Of a stretch of DNA of 64,000 nt, positions 18,529 through 30,014 are shown in pieces. Positions within the stretch are counted from its first letter, which is position 1, and every line of letters starts with the position of its first letter. The position numbers were made by a program, and so were the translations under genes. The notes under the pieces are model-generated. The model saw only the letters and a list, made by a program, of their open reading frames with translations, was not told where the DNA came from and made no database searches. Source of the stretch: an uncultured Gemmatimonadales bacterium (GTDB lineage Bacteria > Gemmatimonadota > Gemmatimonadetes > Gemmatimonadales > GWC2-71-9); assembly GCA_963730915.1 (NCBI GenBank), contig CAVSTR010000003.1, positions 192,729-256,728 of the forward strand, given 5' to 3'.

Positions 18529-20732
18529 GCTCAACCGATTGAAACTCGGGTGCAACGCCACCACTGGCCCTGGGGTAGCCGATGCGCTTGTGATAGGTCC
18601 CGGACATGACCCGGGCGAACTCCCGCTTGATGCGGTCCAGGTCGCGAAGAGTGAGCGGAGCGTCATCGAGCTGACCCGAGCCGAGCTTCTGTTGCACGAG
18701 GTGCTCGATGGCACTCCGAACCGCTTCGGGTGTCGGATTGGGAAGAACCCGGATTGCGGCCTCCGCGGAGTCGGCCAGCATGGCCACGGCGGTCTCGGCC
18801 GACTGGGGCCGGGGACCGGGATAGCGATAATCCGACGGATCCACACGTCCATCGGGATCGCTACCCCTGGCCCTGCTAAGAAAGTAGGTGATGTAGGTCG
18901 TCCCATGGTGCTCTGGGATAAAGGCTTTCACGACTTGCGGAAGATGGGCGGCTTCGGCCAGCGCCAAGCCGTCCGCCACGTGGCTCTGGATGATACGAGC
19001 CGAATCCTGCGGCCGCATAAGGTCGTGAGGGTTTGGTCCGCCGCCTTGGTTCTCCACAAAATGACCCGGACTGGCAAGCTTCCCGATGTCGTGGTAGTAG
19101 CAGCCCACCCGGGCGAGGAGCCCGTTGGCCCCAATGATGTTGCAGGCGGACTCGCAGAGATTTGCCATCGCGAGGCTGTGGGCCCAGGTGCCCGGTGCCT
19201 CCAGCGCAAGGCGGCGAAGTAGCGGGCGGCCCAGATCGGACAATTCCAGGAGCGTGAGGTCGGTGGTGATCCTGGTGGCGGACTCGGCCATTGGCATGAC
19301 CATCATCGCCAGCGCGGCACTCGCCACCGCCATGAGCGCACCGAGCAGGCAACTTCCGATGATGGTGCTGGTAGACCAGCCCTGGCCCAGCCCGATTGCG
19401 ATACTGGCCAGCATGCTCGCGAGAGCCAGAACAACGATGGTCACATACAAGTGCCGCCGGCGCCGCACCACTCGTATACCTACGGCACCGGCTACCCCAC
19501 CGACCAGACCAAAGAACAACGTGTGACTCTCGCGCAGAGCCCACTGGCCATCCAGCAGTATGGCCAGAATCACGGCTGCAAACACGCCGATCCGGCCGTT
19601 GTACAGCATGGTGACAAGAATGGCCGCGAACGGAATGGGAACCAGCTCGGGGCGTCCGGGAAATAGTCCGGCGAGGGCCGCTGTCAGCAGCACCACGAGT
19701 GCGAAGAGGCCGGCGAAGAACGCCATCTGCCTCACCTCGACGTAGCTCTCGCGCCGATAGAACACGATCAGCATCCAGAAGGCGCTCAGGACGATCGCGT
19801 TATACATCAGGGCTCCGGCGGCACTGCGCAGCGCCAGTCCACCAGTCCCACGGCGGCGGTGTTCCTCCCGAAGAGCGATGATCTTGGCCCGGGCCTCTTC
19901 GGTCACCGGCTCGCCCGCGCGCAGAATGCTTTCCCCCGTCCGTACTGTGTATCGCACCGGATCTACACTGCCCCGGAGCTGCTCCCGTCGTGCGGTGGTA
20001 ACAAACGGATCGAGCACGATGGTCGGACGATAGAAGGCGCCTACCAGACGGCGGAGCGTGCGCTGCCCTGCCGCGGTCGGCAGGTTGGTGCCCGCCGCTT
20101 CCGCCTGTTCCATCAGGTCGGCAAAGGTAAGGATGGAGTCACGCGGCAGCACGCGCTCAGTCTCTCCCCGCCGGAGAGAGATGTCCCGGCTCGTTTCACT
20201 GCGGATCGCACCCGCATCGGCGACGCCCCGCTGAAGCCCCTCAGCCAGAAAGTGGGTCGCTACCTCTTGCAGCTGGCGCCGGCTGCTGGAGTCCGCCAGA
20301 TAGCGTGTCTCCTCTGGTCCCAGTCGTATCCGCGATGCGATCACCTGCTCTACCGCGGAGGAGCCGCCGGCTTCGCTGGCCCGCTCCAGATCGGCGAAAA
20401 AGGCCCGCGCCGAGGCGAGCGACGAATCGTATGCCGTGGGACTGAATCGATAGACCGGCTGCGCGGTGAGCGCTCGCGACTGGCCTTCGCGCGCAATCTC
20501 CTCAGGAGACTTCCGCACTTCGAAGGCGAAGGGAGCGACTACAGCGCGCTTGGAGATCTCGCCGACCGCAGGTACCGGAGCGCCGATCCCGATGGGCGGA
20601 GGGAAATGAGAGGTAGGTGAGAATCGCAACGGCGATGAGCGGCGCCCAGCGTACCAGGTGAAACCGGATCCGCTCGCCCGGTGAGGCGTAGACCCAGCTT
20701 TCCCAGAACTGTGAGCTCCAGCGCTCACGCAT
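18521..20732 (-). CDS. 7TM-HD (HDIG) phosphodiesterase, PgpH-like; frameshift near 20600
   Basis: EAPGTWAHS, YYHDIGK, EHHGT, YRYPGP.PQS.E and MLADS. The N-terminal TM segment is in ORF 20502-20732. Confidence 0.88.
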
Positions 20733-21685
20733 CAGCCGTTCTGATCCTCCGCGTACGCGCGAATGATCTCGCGCACCAACCGGTGGCGAACCACGTCAGA
20801 CTCGTGCATGTAGCAGAATGCGATCCCCTCGATCCCGGGCAACAGCCGCTCGACCTGGATCAGGCCCGAGTCCTCGCGCTGCGGCAGGTCGATCTGGGTC
20901 TTGTCTCCCGTCACCACCGTCTTGCTGTTCACGCCGAGACGGGTCAGGAACATCTTCATCTGGGCGCCGGTCGCGTTCTGCGCCTCGTCAAGAATGATGA
21001 AGGCATCCGCGAGCGTTCGGCCGCGCATGTACGCGAGGGGTGCGATCTCGATTGTCCGGGTCTCCAGCGCGCGCTGCACCCGGTCGTGAGGCATCATGTC
21101 CTCGAGCGCGTCGTAGAGCGGCCGCAAGTACGGGTCCACCTTCGCCTGGAGGTCGCCGGGCAGGAAGCCGAGCGACTCGCCCGCCTCTACCGCGGGCCGT
21201 GCGAGGATGATCCGCTTGACGCGCTTGCGCGCCAGCGCTTCGACCGCCTTGGCCACCGCCAGGTAGGTCTTCCCGGTGCCAGCCGGCCCGATACCCACCA
21301 CGATGTCGTGGCCGCTGATTGCCTGGAGATACTCGCGCTGTCCCTGAGTCTTCGGGATGATCGCCCGGCGCAACCCGGGCAGCACGATCTTGCCATCGGA
21401 GGTCTGTGCTGGAAGCTCACTGCTGGGGCCGTCCGAGGCGAGCCGGTACACATCATCGGGGGTGACGGGCTCACCCATGCGTGCCAGGTCCAGCAATCCC
21501 TGAACTACTGGGCTGGCGCGCTCGACCTGCTCGGCAGTTCCCGCCAGAGTGACTGCTTCTCCGCGGAACGAAACGCGGACGCCAAGCGTGCGTTGGAGCT
21601 CCACGAGGTTACTGTCATTCACGCCCGCAAAGAGCAGCGGATCGGCACCTTCGGCGGACATGCGAGTCTGGATGTCGTCGGACAT
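20732..21685 (-). CDS. phoH: PhoH family ATPase
   Basis: GPAGTGKTYLA, RPAVEAGE.LGFLPG and ILDEAQN. Confidence 0.95.
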   Translation of the reverse strand: MSDDIQTRMSAEGADPLLFAGVNDSNLVELQRTLGVRVSFRGEAVTLAGTAEQVERASPVVQGLLDLARMGEPVTPDDVYRLASDGPSSELPAQTSDGKIVLPGLRRAIIPKTQGQREYLQAISGHDIVVGIGPAGTGKTYLAVAKAVEALARKRVKRIILARPAVEAGESLGFLPGDLQAKVDPYLRPLYDALEDMMPHDRVQRALETRTIEIAPLAYMRGRTLADAFIILDEAQNATGAQMKMFLTRLGVNSKTVVTGDKTQIDLPQREDSGLIQVERLLPGIEGIAFCYMHESDVVRHRLVREIIRAYAEDQNG

Positions 21686-21693
21686 ACCTAAAA

Positions 21694-21791
21694 GGTAAGA
21701 GGTGGGAGGTGAGAGGTAAGAGGTCAGAAGCGAGACGTCAGAGGGCGCCTTGGACGATTATCCCCCTCACTCCTCACCTCTCACTTCTCAC
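21694..21791. repeat. Heptamer tandem repeats in inverted arrangement (GGTRAGA x7 ... YYCTCAC x4)
   Basis: ggtaaga ggtggga ggtgaga ggtaaga ggtcaga agcgaga cgtcaga, then ccctcac tcctcac ctctcac ttctcac. Confidence 0.8.
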
Positions 21792-23589
21792 CGTCGAGAG
21801 CCTCCAGGTGAAGGTCGCGAAGATCGGCGGGATCGACCGGTGTGGGCGCTCCCTCGAACAGGGCCTTCGCGGCAGTCGTCTTGGGGAAGGCGATGACATC
21901 GCGCAGGGAGTCGGCGCCTGCCAGCAGCATTGCTATTCGATCCATGCCAAAGGCAAACCCCCCGTGCGGTGGCGCCCCCGCTCCCAGTCCCTCCAGCAGA
22001 AATCCAAAGCGGTGCTGGGCATCCTCGTCGGACAAGCCGAGGAGCCTGAACACTTTTCCCTGGAGCGCCGGGTCACCGATACGAAGACTTCCACCTCCCA
22101 GCTCGGTGCCATTCAGAACCATGTCATAGGCCAGGGCGCGCACCCGCTCGGGTGTGCTCTCGAGCAGCGGGAGGTCCTCCGGGTTCGGAGCGGTGAAGGG
22201 ATGATTGACTGACCACAGCTCACCTGTCTCCGGGCTCCGCTGAAACAGCGGAAAATCAAGAATCCACACGAAACGGTTCACGCCCACCGGAATCAGTCCC
22301 AGACGGTGTGCGACCTCCTGGCGGATCCGGTCCAGTGCCGGACTGGAGATATGATCGGGCCCGGCGATCAGGAGGGCGAGATCCCCGTCGTTCAGCCGCA
22401 GCCTTGCAGCTCCGTCGCTGCCCAGGAACTTCGCCGCTGGTCCTTCCAGAGAGTCACCGCTGCGGCGCAGTCTCAGCAGTCCTGCCGCGCCGAGCGACTT
22501 CGCCGCCGCTTCGATCTCGTCCAGCTGCTTGCGAGACAGCGTGGCAGCGCCGGGAACTGCGATTCCCCTGACCCGCCCGCCCTTCTCGATCGCCGTGCGG
22601 GTGACGCCAAACTCCCGTCCTCGAAACACGTCCGTCGCGTCGAAGATCTCCAGCCCGTAGCGAAGGTCAGGCTTGTCGGTGCCGTAACGCTCCATCGCGT
22701 CGGCATACGAGAGCCGTGGCAGCGGAATCTGGATGGGCTGGCCGCCTTCGCTCCAGAGAGTCGACACGAGACCCTCTGCGAATCCGAGAACATCTTCCAC
22801 ACCGACGAATGACGCCTCGACATCGATCTGAGTGAACTCTGGCTGGCGATCGGCGCGCAGGTCCTCGTCCCGGAAGCAGCGGGCGATCTGCACATACCGG
22901 TCGAAGCCGGCGATCATCAGCAACTGCTTATAGAGCTGTGGAGATTGTGGGAGCGCATAGAACTCCCCAGGATGGACTCGGCTGGGCACGAGATAGTCGC
23001 GCGCACCCTCCGGCGTGGGCTTGGTGAGGATGGGCGTTTCGATCTCCAGAAAGCCGAGCTCATCGAAGTAGCGGCGTGCGGCCTGCATCAGGCGGTGACG
23101 TAGGATCAAATTGCGCTGCAGCTCGGGACGACGGAGGTCCAGCACCCGATGCCGGAGCCGCAGCTCCTCGGCAGGCAGCTCTTCCTTCTCCTTCCGTGCC
23201 ACTGGGATCGCCGGAGTCTTCGCCGGCCCTACAACTCGAAGGTCGGAGACATGAACCTCGACCTCGCGTGAGGTGATGTTCGTGTCGCGTGCCGCCTCCG
23301 GCCGGAGCTGTACCGTTCCGCTCACGAGGACAACCGTCTCCGCCCCGAGTGCCGCTGCACGCTCCATGACGTCGGGCGGTGTCCATGCCGGGTTGCAGGA
23401 GAGCTGAATCAGACCGTCACGGTCCCGAAGATCGATAAATACGAGACCACCCAGATCTCGCCGCCGGTGCACCCAACCTCCGAGGCGTACAGTCTGCCCG
23501 ACTTCTGCACGCGTCAGCGCACCGCAGCGGTGGGTGCGGAAAGCGGTGGCGCTCATGGTGCGACTGTCTTTACCAGGGGATTGGCTCAA
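21781..23589 (-). CDS. aspS: Aspartate--tRNA ligase
   Basis: RTHRCG, FIDLRD, TPEGARDYLVPSR, LPQSPQLYKQ, FRDEDLRADRQPEFTQ and GAPPHGG. Confidence 0.97.
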   Translation of the reverse strand: MSQSPGKDSRTMSATAFRTHRCGALTRAEVGQTVRLGGWVHRRRDLGGLVFIDLRDRDGLIQLSCNPAWTPPDVMERAAALGAETVVLVSGTVQLRPEAARDTNITSREVEVHVSDLRVVGPAKTPAIPVARKEKEELPAEELRLRHRVLDLRRPELQRNLILRHRLMQAARRYFDELGFLEIETPILTKPTPEGARDYLVPSRVHPGEFYALPQSPQLYKQLLMIAGFDRYVQIARCFRDEDLRADRQPEFTQIDVEASFVGVEDVLGFAEGLVSTLWSEGGQPIQIPLPRLSYADAMERYGTDKPDLRYGLEIFDATDVFRGREFGVTRTAIEKGGRVRGIAVPGAATLSRKQLDEIEAAAKSLGAAGLLRLRRSGDSLEGPAAKFLGSDGAARLRLNDGDLALLIAGPDHISSPALDRIRQEVAHRLGLIPVGVNRFVWILDFPLFQRSPETGELWSVNHPFTAPNPEDLPLLESTPERVRALAYDMVLNGTELGGGSLRIGDPALQGKVFRLLGLSDEDAQHRFGFLLEGLGAGAPPHGGFAFGMDRIAMLLAGADSLRDVIAFPKTTAAKALFEGAPTPVDPADLRDLHLEALDGEK

Positions 23590-24041
23590 CGCGCCTCGGC
23601 GGCGAGCAGAACGTTGTAGAACTCGTCAGGTGTTCCTGCTGCGCACAGCCGCTGCCGCACGTGCTCGTGCCGGACCAAATTGGCGATGCGGCTGAGCGCT
23701 TTGATGTGCAGCCCGGCTGACCCGGTAGGTGCGACAATGAGAAAGAAGAGACGCACCGGCTCGCCGTCTATGGAGTCGTAGGGCACCGGCGATGAGCTCA
23801 CGCCGCATACCAGGCTCAGCTCGGTGACCCCGGGAGAGCGGGCATGAGGAATGGCCACCCCAAAGCCGATCCCAGTGCTGCCACCGGCTTCGCGTTCCTG
23901 GACCGCTTCGAGTACTTCAGCATAGTTGCCGCCGGAGCGATCGGTGAGGTGGCGAGTGAGCTCGGCAATTACGCTCGTCTTGTCACGGGCAAACACCGGC
24001 ATGATGACCTGGTCCGGGCTGAGGATCTCGGTCAGAAGCAC
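23586..24041 (-). CDS. PTS IIA (PtsN/fructose-type) domain protein
   Basis: ERE..GSTGIG.GVAIPHA and DGEPV.LFFL. Confidence 0.9.
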   Translation of the reverse strand: MLLTEILSPDQVIMPVFARDKTSVIAELTRHLTDRSGGNYAEVLEAVQEREAGGSTGIGFGVAIPHARSPGVTELSLVCGVSSSPVPYDSIDGEPVRLFFLIVAPTGSAGLHIKALSRIANLVRHEHVRQRLCAAGTPDEFYNVLLAAEAR

Positions 24042-24170
24042 GGTGTGCTATCGGCTGGCATGAGACCAAAACTAAACCGCGTGAACAGGCGGTGCAATGC
24101 ATTAGTGGAGTTGAGTTTAGCTGCAGCCGTCCGACTCGCATTGAAGGTGCCGCAACGCTATTCTTGAACG

Positions 24171-25247
24171 ATGGTCAGCTCACCCGCAACAGCCATCGCA
24201 GCACCCAATCTCCTCAACCTGACCCCAGGCGAAGCCCGTTCCGTGGTCGAGCGATGGGTAGGGCAACGCGGTGTGCCGGGGTATCGGGCGGGCCAGATTC
24301 ATCGCCGCCTGTGGCAAGCCCCGGTGGAGAGCTGGGCGGGCGCCACGGACCTGCCATCAAGCCTGCGGGTGGAGCTCGAGCAAGCGTTTCCTCTCGAGCG
24401 CCTGACTCCGGACGTTATCCAGCAGTCAGCCGATGGAACCCGCAAATATCTGTGGCGGCTGAGGGACGGAGAGGCGATCGAGTCGGTGCTCATTCCCTCG
24501 GGATCCCGACGCACACTGTGCATCTCGTCCCAGGCAGGCTGCGCGCTGAGGTGCTCCTTCTGCGCCACCGGCCGAATGGGTTTTCGGAGGAACCTGACTC
24601 CATTCGAGATCGCCGGGCAAATCCGGGAAATCGTGCTCACCAATCCGGAGGAGAAGCCCACCAACATCGTGTTCATGGGCATGGGCGAGCCGCTCCTGAA
24701 TTGGCCCGCGGTGGACACCGTCCTGACGATCCTGAACAGTCCTGAAGGATTCGGCATCGGGGCGCGGCACATCACCGTCTCGACCGTCGGCATTCTGCCT
24801 GGCATGGCCGAGTTTGCCAAGCGGCCGGAACAGTTCCGTCTCGCCATCTCGCTGCACGCCCCCACTTCCGAGCAGCGTCTGACGATGATGCCGATCGAAA
24901 AAAAGTACGACCTGGCATCCGTGCTCAGCGCGGCGACGGCATTTCGGAAGCGAATCACGTTCGAGTACGTGATGATCGAGGGCTTCAACGACAGCGATGC
25001 CGACGCGGCGCAGTTGGCGAAGCTGGCCCGGCGAGCAGGCGCGCTCGTGAACATCCTGCCACTGCATCCGGGCGGCGCCCCCGAGCTGACACCCACCGCG
25101 GTGGCGCGGATCCGTGCGTTCAGCGATCGATTGCGGAACTATGGAGTGGAGGCGGTGGTCCGCCGAAGCCGGGGCCTGGACATCAACGCGGCGTGCGGTC
25201 AGCTGAAGGTGGAAGTAGAGAAGAAGAGGGCTCGCGAAACAGCGTAA
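24171..25247 (+). CDS. rlmN: Dual-specificity rRNA/tRNA methyltransferase RlmN
   Basis: CISSQAGCALRCSFCATG, VFMGMGEPL and DINAACGQL. Confidence 0.96.
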   Translation: MVSSPATAIAAPNLLNLTPGEARSVVERWVGQRGVPGYRAGQIHRRLWQAPVESWAGATDLPSSLRVELEQAFPLERLTPDVIQQSADGTRKYLWRLRDGEAIESVLIPSGSRRTLCISSQAGCALRCSFCATGRMGFRRNLTPFEIAGQIREIVLTNPEEKPTNIVFMGMGEPLLNWPAVDTVLTILNSPEGFGIGARHITVSTVGILPGMAEFAKRPEQFRLAISLHAPTSEQRLTMMPIEKKYDLASVLSAATAFRKRITFEYVMIEGFNDSDADAAQLAKLARRAGALVNILPLHPGGAPELTPTAVARIRAFSDRLRNYGVEAVVRRSRGLDINAACGQLKVEVEKKRARETA

Positions 25248-25340
25248 ACAGTAAACAGAAACAGTAAACGGACTGCAGGAAAGAATTCTTTTGGGAGTCG
25301 TAGACCCTGTTCACTGTTTACCGTTAACCCGTTCACGTTT
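25244..25340. repeat. Heptamer tandem repeats in inverted arrangement (GTAAACA x4 ... CYGTTYA x4) between convergent rlmN and ppc
   Basis: gtaaaca gtaaaca gaaaca gtaaacg ... ctgttca ctgttta ccgttaa cccgttca. Confidence 0.8.
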
Positions 25341-25343
25341 GTC

Positions 25344-28130
25344 CTATCCCGTCGCCCCGAAGCCCGCCGCAATACAGTTGATCGAAAGCAGGAGCGCAGA
25401 GAGCTGCTCTTCCTGCGTCTTGTCCCCGCCCGACTCACGAAAGCGCCGAAGCAGCTCGATCTGCTGGCGACTCACCTGGTTGATCGTCGGCAGCCGACGC
25501 GCCAACCGCCTCCGAAAGCGTGGATAGCGCTCCACCAGCTCCTTACCGCCGCTGATGCGCAGCACCGCTTCAACCGTACGCTGATACTCCTCTTCAATCA
25601 TTCCGAGTACGCCGGCCCGGATACGGGCGTCGGGAACGAGGTCCGCATATTCCCGCGCGATGTCCAGGTCCACGTAGGTAAGTGTCTTCTCAACCTCATC
25701 CACGATAAGGCGAAAGAGTCGTGACTCGGCGAACATCCTGTCCAGGAGCGCGCTGCCTCGCTGGCCTCTGACCTGAAGGAAGGTGAGAATGCCGCTGCCA
25801 ACGCCGTACCATCCGGGGATGAAGTGCCGATTCTGGGACCACGCAAACACCCACGGGATTGCCCGCAGATCGCTCAGCGACCGGGCCCCGAACCGGCGTG
25901 CCGGACGCGAGCCCATGTTAAGCAGAGAGATCTCTTCCAGCGGACTGGCCGCCTGGTAGTAGGCCAGGAGGTCGGGATGGTCCACCAGCTGCCGGTACGA
26001 AGCCTGCGCCGCACCGGAGAGCGCTTCCATTGCCTCGTCGAATTCCGCCGTTGGTGACAGGGCCTTCTCCCGCTCGGACTTGAGGGAGTGCTCCACCACG
26101 CTGGCGGCGAGCAACTCGATCTGATACTGGGCCGTACCACGATTGGCGTATTTGAACGACACCACCTCACCCTGCTCCGTGATCCGCATGCGACCATTGA
26201 TGGACCCGGCGGGCTGCGCTGCGATCGCCCGGCCAGTGGGCGCGCCTCCGCGGCTTACCGAACCGCCCCGACCGTGAAAGAACGCAATCGGCACACCGCT
26301 CTCCTTGCCTACGCGCGTCAGCTTGATCTGGGCTTTGCTCAACTCCCAATTGGACGTCAGGAACCCGCCGTCCTTGTTGGAGTCCGAGTACCCGATCATC
26401 ACTTCCTGCACGCCGCCCTGGGCCCTAACACTGCGTCGGACCAGCGGCACCGCCAACAGCTCCTTCATGATGGCGGGAGCTCGCTGCAAGTCTTCGATGG
26501 TCTCGAACAGCGGTACGATCGGGAGGGTGGAGGTCTCCACGCCGGCGGTGTCGCCGAATAGTCCGGCGGTTTTGGCCATGAGGTACGCGCCCAGAATATC
26601 GCTCACGCTGCGCGTCATGCTGAGGACGAAGGCGCCGAAGGCTTCTCGATCCACCTCATCGCGAAGCTGACGTACCAGCTGAAACATTCCCAGCGTTTCT
26701 GCCGACTCCGGCGGCAGTTCCGGGTCCGCCTGTCCGGGAGCCAGCGGTCTCGCCAGCTCGGCACCGACCCATTGGCGCCATGCTTCTGATTGTTGCTCGG
26801 GGGCTTGTCCGTCGGGCCCGTCTGTCCGCACGTCCGGCCGCCCACAGGTCCGCCAGTGCGGCATTGAGTTTCGTAGTGTTCTCGCGCACGTCCAGACGCA
26901 CGGTCTGAAAATCGGAACGACTCGACCTCGCGTCGGACCGGACGCACCAGCGTCTGGCGCCAGTGAGATGCTGCCGCCGAATCCCAGGGCCTCTTCGATC
27001 GCCCGCAAATCCGTGATCAGCGCCTCGGCCGAGGCATAGCCCGCCGGGTCAGGTGCCGTTCGCCCCTCTTCCGACTTTGCGATCATGACATCGAGACGGC
27101 GGCCCATGCAGGCGAGATACTGGCGGAAAATTTCGCCCGGGTTGCGGGCCGCGATTTCCTCGCCCTCCCCGGTGGCGGCAAGCTCCTTAGCCAGCGACTG
27201 CCGAAAACTTTCCGGAACCGGAACCGCGCGCTCGGTGATGCTCAACGCGCGTACCAGCTCGGAGAGTCTCCGGCGATACCGGCGCAGAGCGGTGAGACGG
27301 TTCTCCAGTATCGTGCTTCTGGTCACTTCGTTGGTGACGAAGGGATTGCCGTCCCGGTCGCCCCCGACCCACGACCCAAATTGAAAGAAGGGAGGTACCT
27401 GGATGGTTCGGTCGGGGTACGCGTGTGACAGCGCTCGCTCGAGCTTGTCGAGCAAGTCCGGCACCGCTTCGAACAGCGTCTCGTTGAAGAAGTGCAGTCC
27501 CCAGAAGACCTCCTGCGGGACCGTCGGCTTGACGAGACGGAGCTCGCCGGTGGTCCAGAGCAGCTCGATCTCGTTTCGGAGACCATCCACCAGTGCCTGC
27601 CGTTCCCGCGGTGTCCACCGGGGCGACTCCAAATCCACCAGCCGGCGATACACGCGGCGGTGCTTTTCGAGCACAGTGACACGGCGCGCTTCGGTCGGGT
27701 GAGCGGTGATCACAGGCCGGATACGCAGCACGCCGAGCAGCTCGGCCATCTCCTGCGAGGAGACACCCGCCGCGGCCGCACCGGTGATCACCTGGGCAAA
27801 AGTGCCGCGGAGCTGATCATAGCCACGCTCGATTTCCACCTGCCGACGGCGCCGCATGGCCGCGTTTTGCTCCGCGATGCTCAGGAGCTGGAACCAGATT
27901 CCCTGAACCTGAAGCGTACGGGCGAGAAGCTCGGGGCTCAGGCTCGCGGCGTTGCGCTCACCGCGCAGGACCGACTCCACCTCCGGCTGCCGTTCCCTCA
28001 CCAGCTCGAGAAGGAGGCCGGAGAGCAGCTCGACGACTTCCTGGGCATACGCCGCAGCACTCGCCGCAGCCGGATCGGCCGACTCCGGCAGCATCTCCGC
28101 TGAGAACGGCTCGAGCGCTGTGTGCGTCAT
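25344..28130 (-). CDS. ppc: Phosphoenolpyruvate carboxylase (compensating frameshifts about 26830-26950)
   Basis: VITAHPTE, SWVGGDRDGNP, VMIGYSDSNKDGG, FHGRGGSVSRGG and LRAIPWVFAW. RLDVREN is displaced into another frame. Confidence 0.95.
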   Translation of the reverse strand: MTHTALEPFSAEMLPESADPAAASAAAYAQEVVELLSGLLLELVRERQPEVESVLRGERNAASLSPELLARTLQVQGIWFQLLSIAEQNAAMRRRRQVEIERGYDQLRGTFAQVITGAAAAGVSSQEMAELLGVLRIRPVITAHPTEARRVTVLEKHRRVYRRLVDLESPRWTPRERQALVDGLRNEIELLWTTGELRLVKPTVPQEVFWGLHFFNETLFEAVPDLLDKLERALSHAYPDRTIQVPPFFQFGSWVGGDRDGNPFVTNEVTRSTILENRLTALRRYRRRLSELVRALSITERAVPVPESFRQSLAKELAATGEGEEIAARNPGEIFRQYLACMGRRLDVMIAKSEEGRTAPDPAGYASAEALITDLRAIEEALGFGGSISLAPDAGASGPTRGRVVPIFRPCVWTCARTLRNSMPHWRTCGRPDVRTDGPDGQAPEQQSEAWRQWVGAELARPLAPGQADPELPPESAETLGMFQLVRQLRDEVDREAFGAFVLSMTRSVSDILGAYLMAKTAGLFGDTAGVETSTLPIVPLFETIEDLQRAPAIMKELLAVPLVRRSVRAQGGVQEVMIGYSDSNKDGGFLTSNWELSKAQIKLTRVGKESGVPIAFFHGRGGSVSRGGAPTGRAIAAQPAGSINGRMRITEQGEVVSFKYANRGTAQYQIELLAASVVEHSLKSEREKALSPTAEFDEAMEALSGAAQASYRQLVDHPDLLAYYQAASPLEEISLLNMGSRPARRFGARSLSDLRAIPWVFAWSQNRHFIPGWYGVGSGILTFLQVRGQRGSALLDRMFAESRLFRLIVDEVEKTLTYVDLDIAREYADLVPDARIRAGVLGMIEEEYQRTVEAVLRISGGKELVERYPRFRRRLARRLPTINQVSRQQIELLRRFRESGGDKTQEEQLSALLLSINCIAAGFGATG

Positions 28131-29103
28131 ACTACGCGGTCACGGAGGGGAGCGCCGCTGAAAAAGAGCTGCAGATTTTCCAGTGCTCGCATCCCCATTG
28201 CCACGCGGGTTTCCTTGGTGGCACTTCCCAGGTGGGGGAGCAGAACCACGTTTTCCATCTTCAACAAGGCGGGCGATACCTTTGGCTCCTGCTCGTACAC
28301 ATCCAGCCCGGCCCCGGCAATGGTTCCGTCCGCCAACGCTTCCACCAGCGCCCCTTCATCCACGACATCGCCGCGCGCGGTGTTGATGAGGTATGCGCTC
28401 CGGCGCATTCGGGCGAGCCGCTCTCGATTCATCAGGTGCCGAGTCTCGGGAGTGGCCGGACAGTGAAGCGAAATGAAGTCAGCCTCCTCGAGTACCTGCT
28501 CCAGCGAACTTCTCGGCTCTGCGCCGAGGGAAGCCGCTTCCGAGGGTGAGGGCGGATAGGGATCGTGAAAGATGACGCGCATGCCGAAGCCGTGATGAGC
28601 CCGCCTGTGCCGCGGCCCTTGCGATCCGCCCCATGCCGATGAGTCCCAGCACCTTTCCACTGACCTGAGAGCCAAGCATGTGGGTGGGGCGCCACCCGGT
28701 CCATGCCCCACTTCGCACGTGCCGCTCCCCTTCCCCGGTCCGGCGGCTGACCATGAGCAGGAGCGTGATCGCGATATCGGCGGTGGCTTCGGTGAGGACG
28801 TCAGGTGTATTGGAGACGGCGAGTCCGTGTTCCTGGGCCGCCTGAGTATCGATGTGGTTGAAGCCAACCCCGAAGTTGGCGAGGATCTTCGCCCGGCGAG
28901 GCTTCGCGCTGAGAACCTCGGCGTTGATGCGGTCGGTTACCGTGCAGAGCAACGCATCGGCACTCCGCAGAGCTTCCTTCAGCCCGTCCGGTCCGAGCGG
29001 CTTGTCCTCGGTATTCAGGCGCGCGTCAAAGTCGCGACTCAGCGCCTCTTCCACCGTGTCGGGAAGGCGCCGAGTCACCACGACGCTGTGGCCGCGAGCT
29101 CAC
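28127..29103 (-). CDS. Hydroxypyruvate/glyoxylate reductase (D-2-hydroxyacid dehydrogenase), frameshifted
   Basis: GVGFNHID, NTPDVLTEATAD and GMGRIA in one frame; LINTARG.VVDE, GLDVYEQEP and LPHLGSAT in another. Confidence 0.88.
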
Positions 29104-30014
29104 TTCGCTACAGCCTTCTTGCGCGAGGGCTTCTTGGACAACGCGGCCGCAATAGTCGACCCAAGCTCCGCAGGGCTCGGCGCTACCGTGAGCCCGGCCG
29201 AACGCATGATTTCAGCCTTCTCCGCGGCAGTGTCGCCGAATGCCGAGATGATCGCGCCCGCGTGGCCCATCCGGCGCCCCTTGGGCGCGGTCAATCCGGC
29301 CACATAGCCGATGACTGGCTTGCTCATGTTTTCCTTCACGAAGAGCGCCGCCTCGGCTTCCTGCGGTCCGCCGATCTCGCCGATCATCATCACAGCCTGC
29401 GTCTCCGGATCTTCCTCGAACAGCTTCAGCATGTCGACGAAGGAACTACCGTTGATAGGATCGCCTCCGATGCCCACGCTGGTAGTCTGGCCGATGCCCA
29501 GGGCGTTCATCTGCGCCGCGGCTTCATACCCCAGTGTCCCCGACCGGCTCACCACACCGACCGACCCACGGGAATAGATGTGCCCCGGCATGATGCCGAG
29601 CATTGCCTTACCGGCGCTGATGATGCCGGCGCAGTTCGGGCCTATCAACGTGGTGCGCCGCTCCTTGGGAAACCGGAAGAGATAACGCTTGACCATCATC
29701 ATGTCCTGCGCCGGGATGCCGTCGGTGATGGTGCAGACGAGGCGGATCCCTGCATTGGCGGATTCCATGATCGAGTCAGCGCAGAACGCTGCCGGCACGA
29801 AGATGATGCTTGCCTCCGCGCCCACCTCGCGCACCGCCTCCTTGACCGTGTTGAACACCGGCCGGTCTAAATGTCGTGTGCCGCCTTTACCTGGAGTGAC
29901 ACCGCCAACCACGTTGGTGCCGTAGGCGATCATCTCTCGGGCATGAAAGGTTGCCTTTTCGCCGGTAAAGCCCTGGACGATGACACGCGTCCGCTCGTCG
30001 ATCAAGATGCTCAT
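29100..30014 (-). CDS. mtkB: Malate--CoA ligase (malate thiokinase) alpha subunit
   Basis: SucD fold with [21 protein letters not shown] and [10 protein letters not shown], as I recall for methylotroph MtkB. Lies in the cluster with mcl/sga/ppc. Confidence 0.88.
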   Translation of the reverse strand: MSILIDERTRVIVQGFTGEKATFHAREMIAYGTNVVGGVTPGKGGTRHLDRPVFNTVKEAVREVGAEASIIFVPAAFCADSIMESANAGIRLVCTITDGIPAQDMMMVKRYLFRFPKERRTTLIGPNCAGIISAGKAMLGIMPGHIYSRGSVGVVSRSGTLGYEAAAQMNALGIGQTTSVGIGGDPINGSSFVDMLKLFEEDPETQAVMMIGEIGGPQEAEAALFVKENMSKPVIGYVAGLTAPKGRRMGHAGAIISAFGDTAAEKAEIMRSAGLTVAPSPAELGSTIAAALSKKPSRKKAVAK

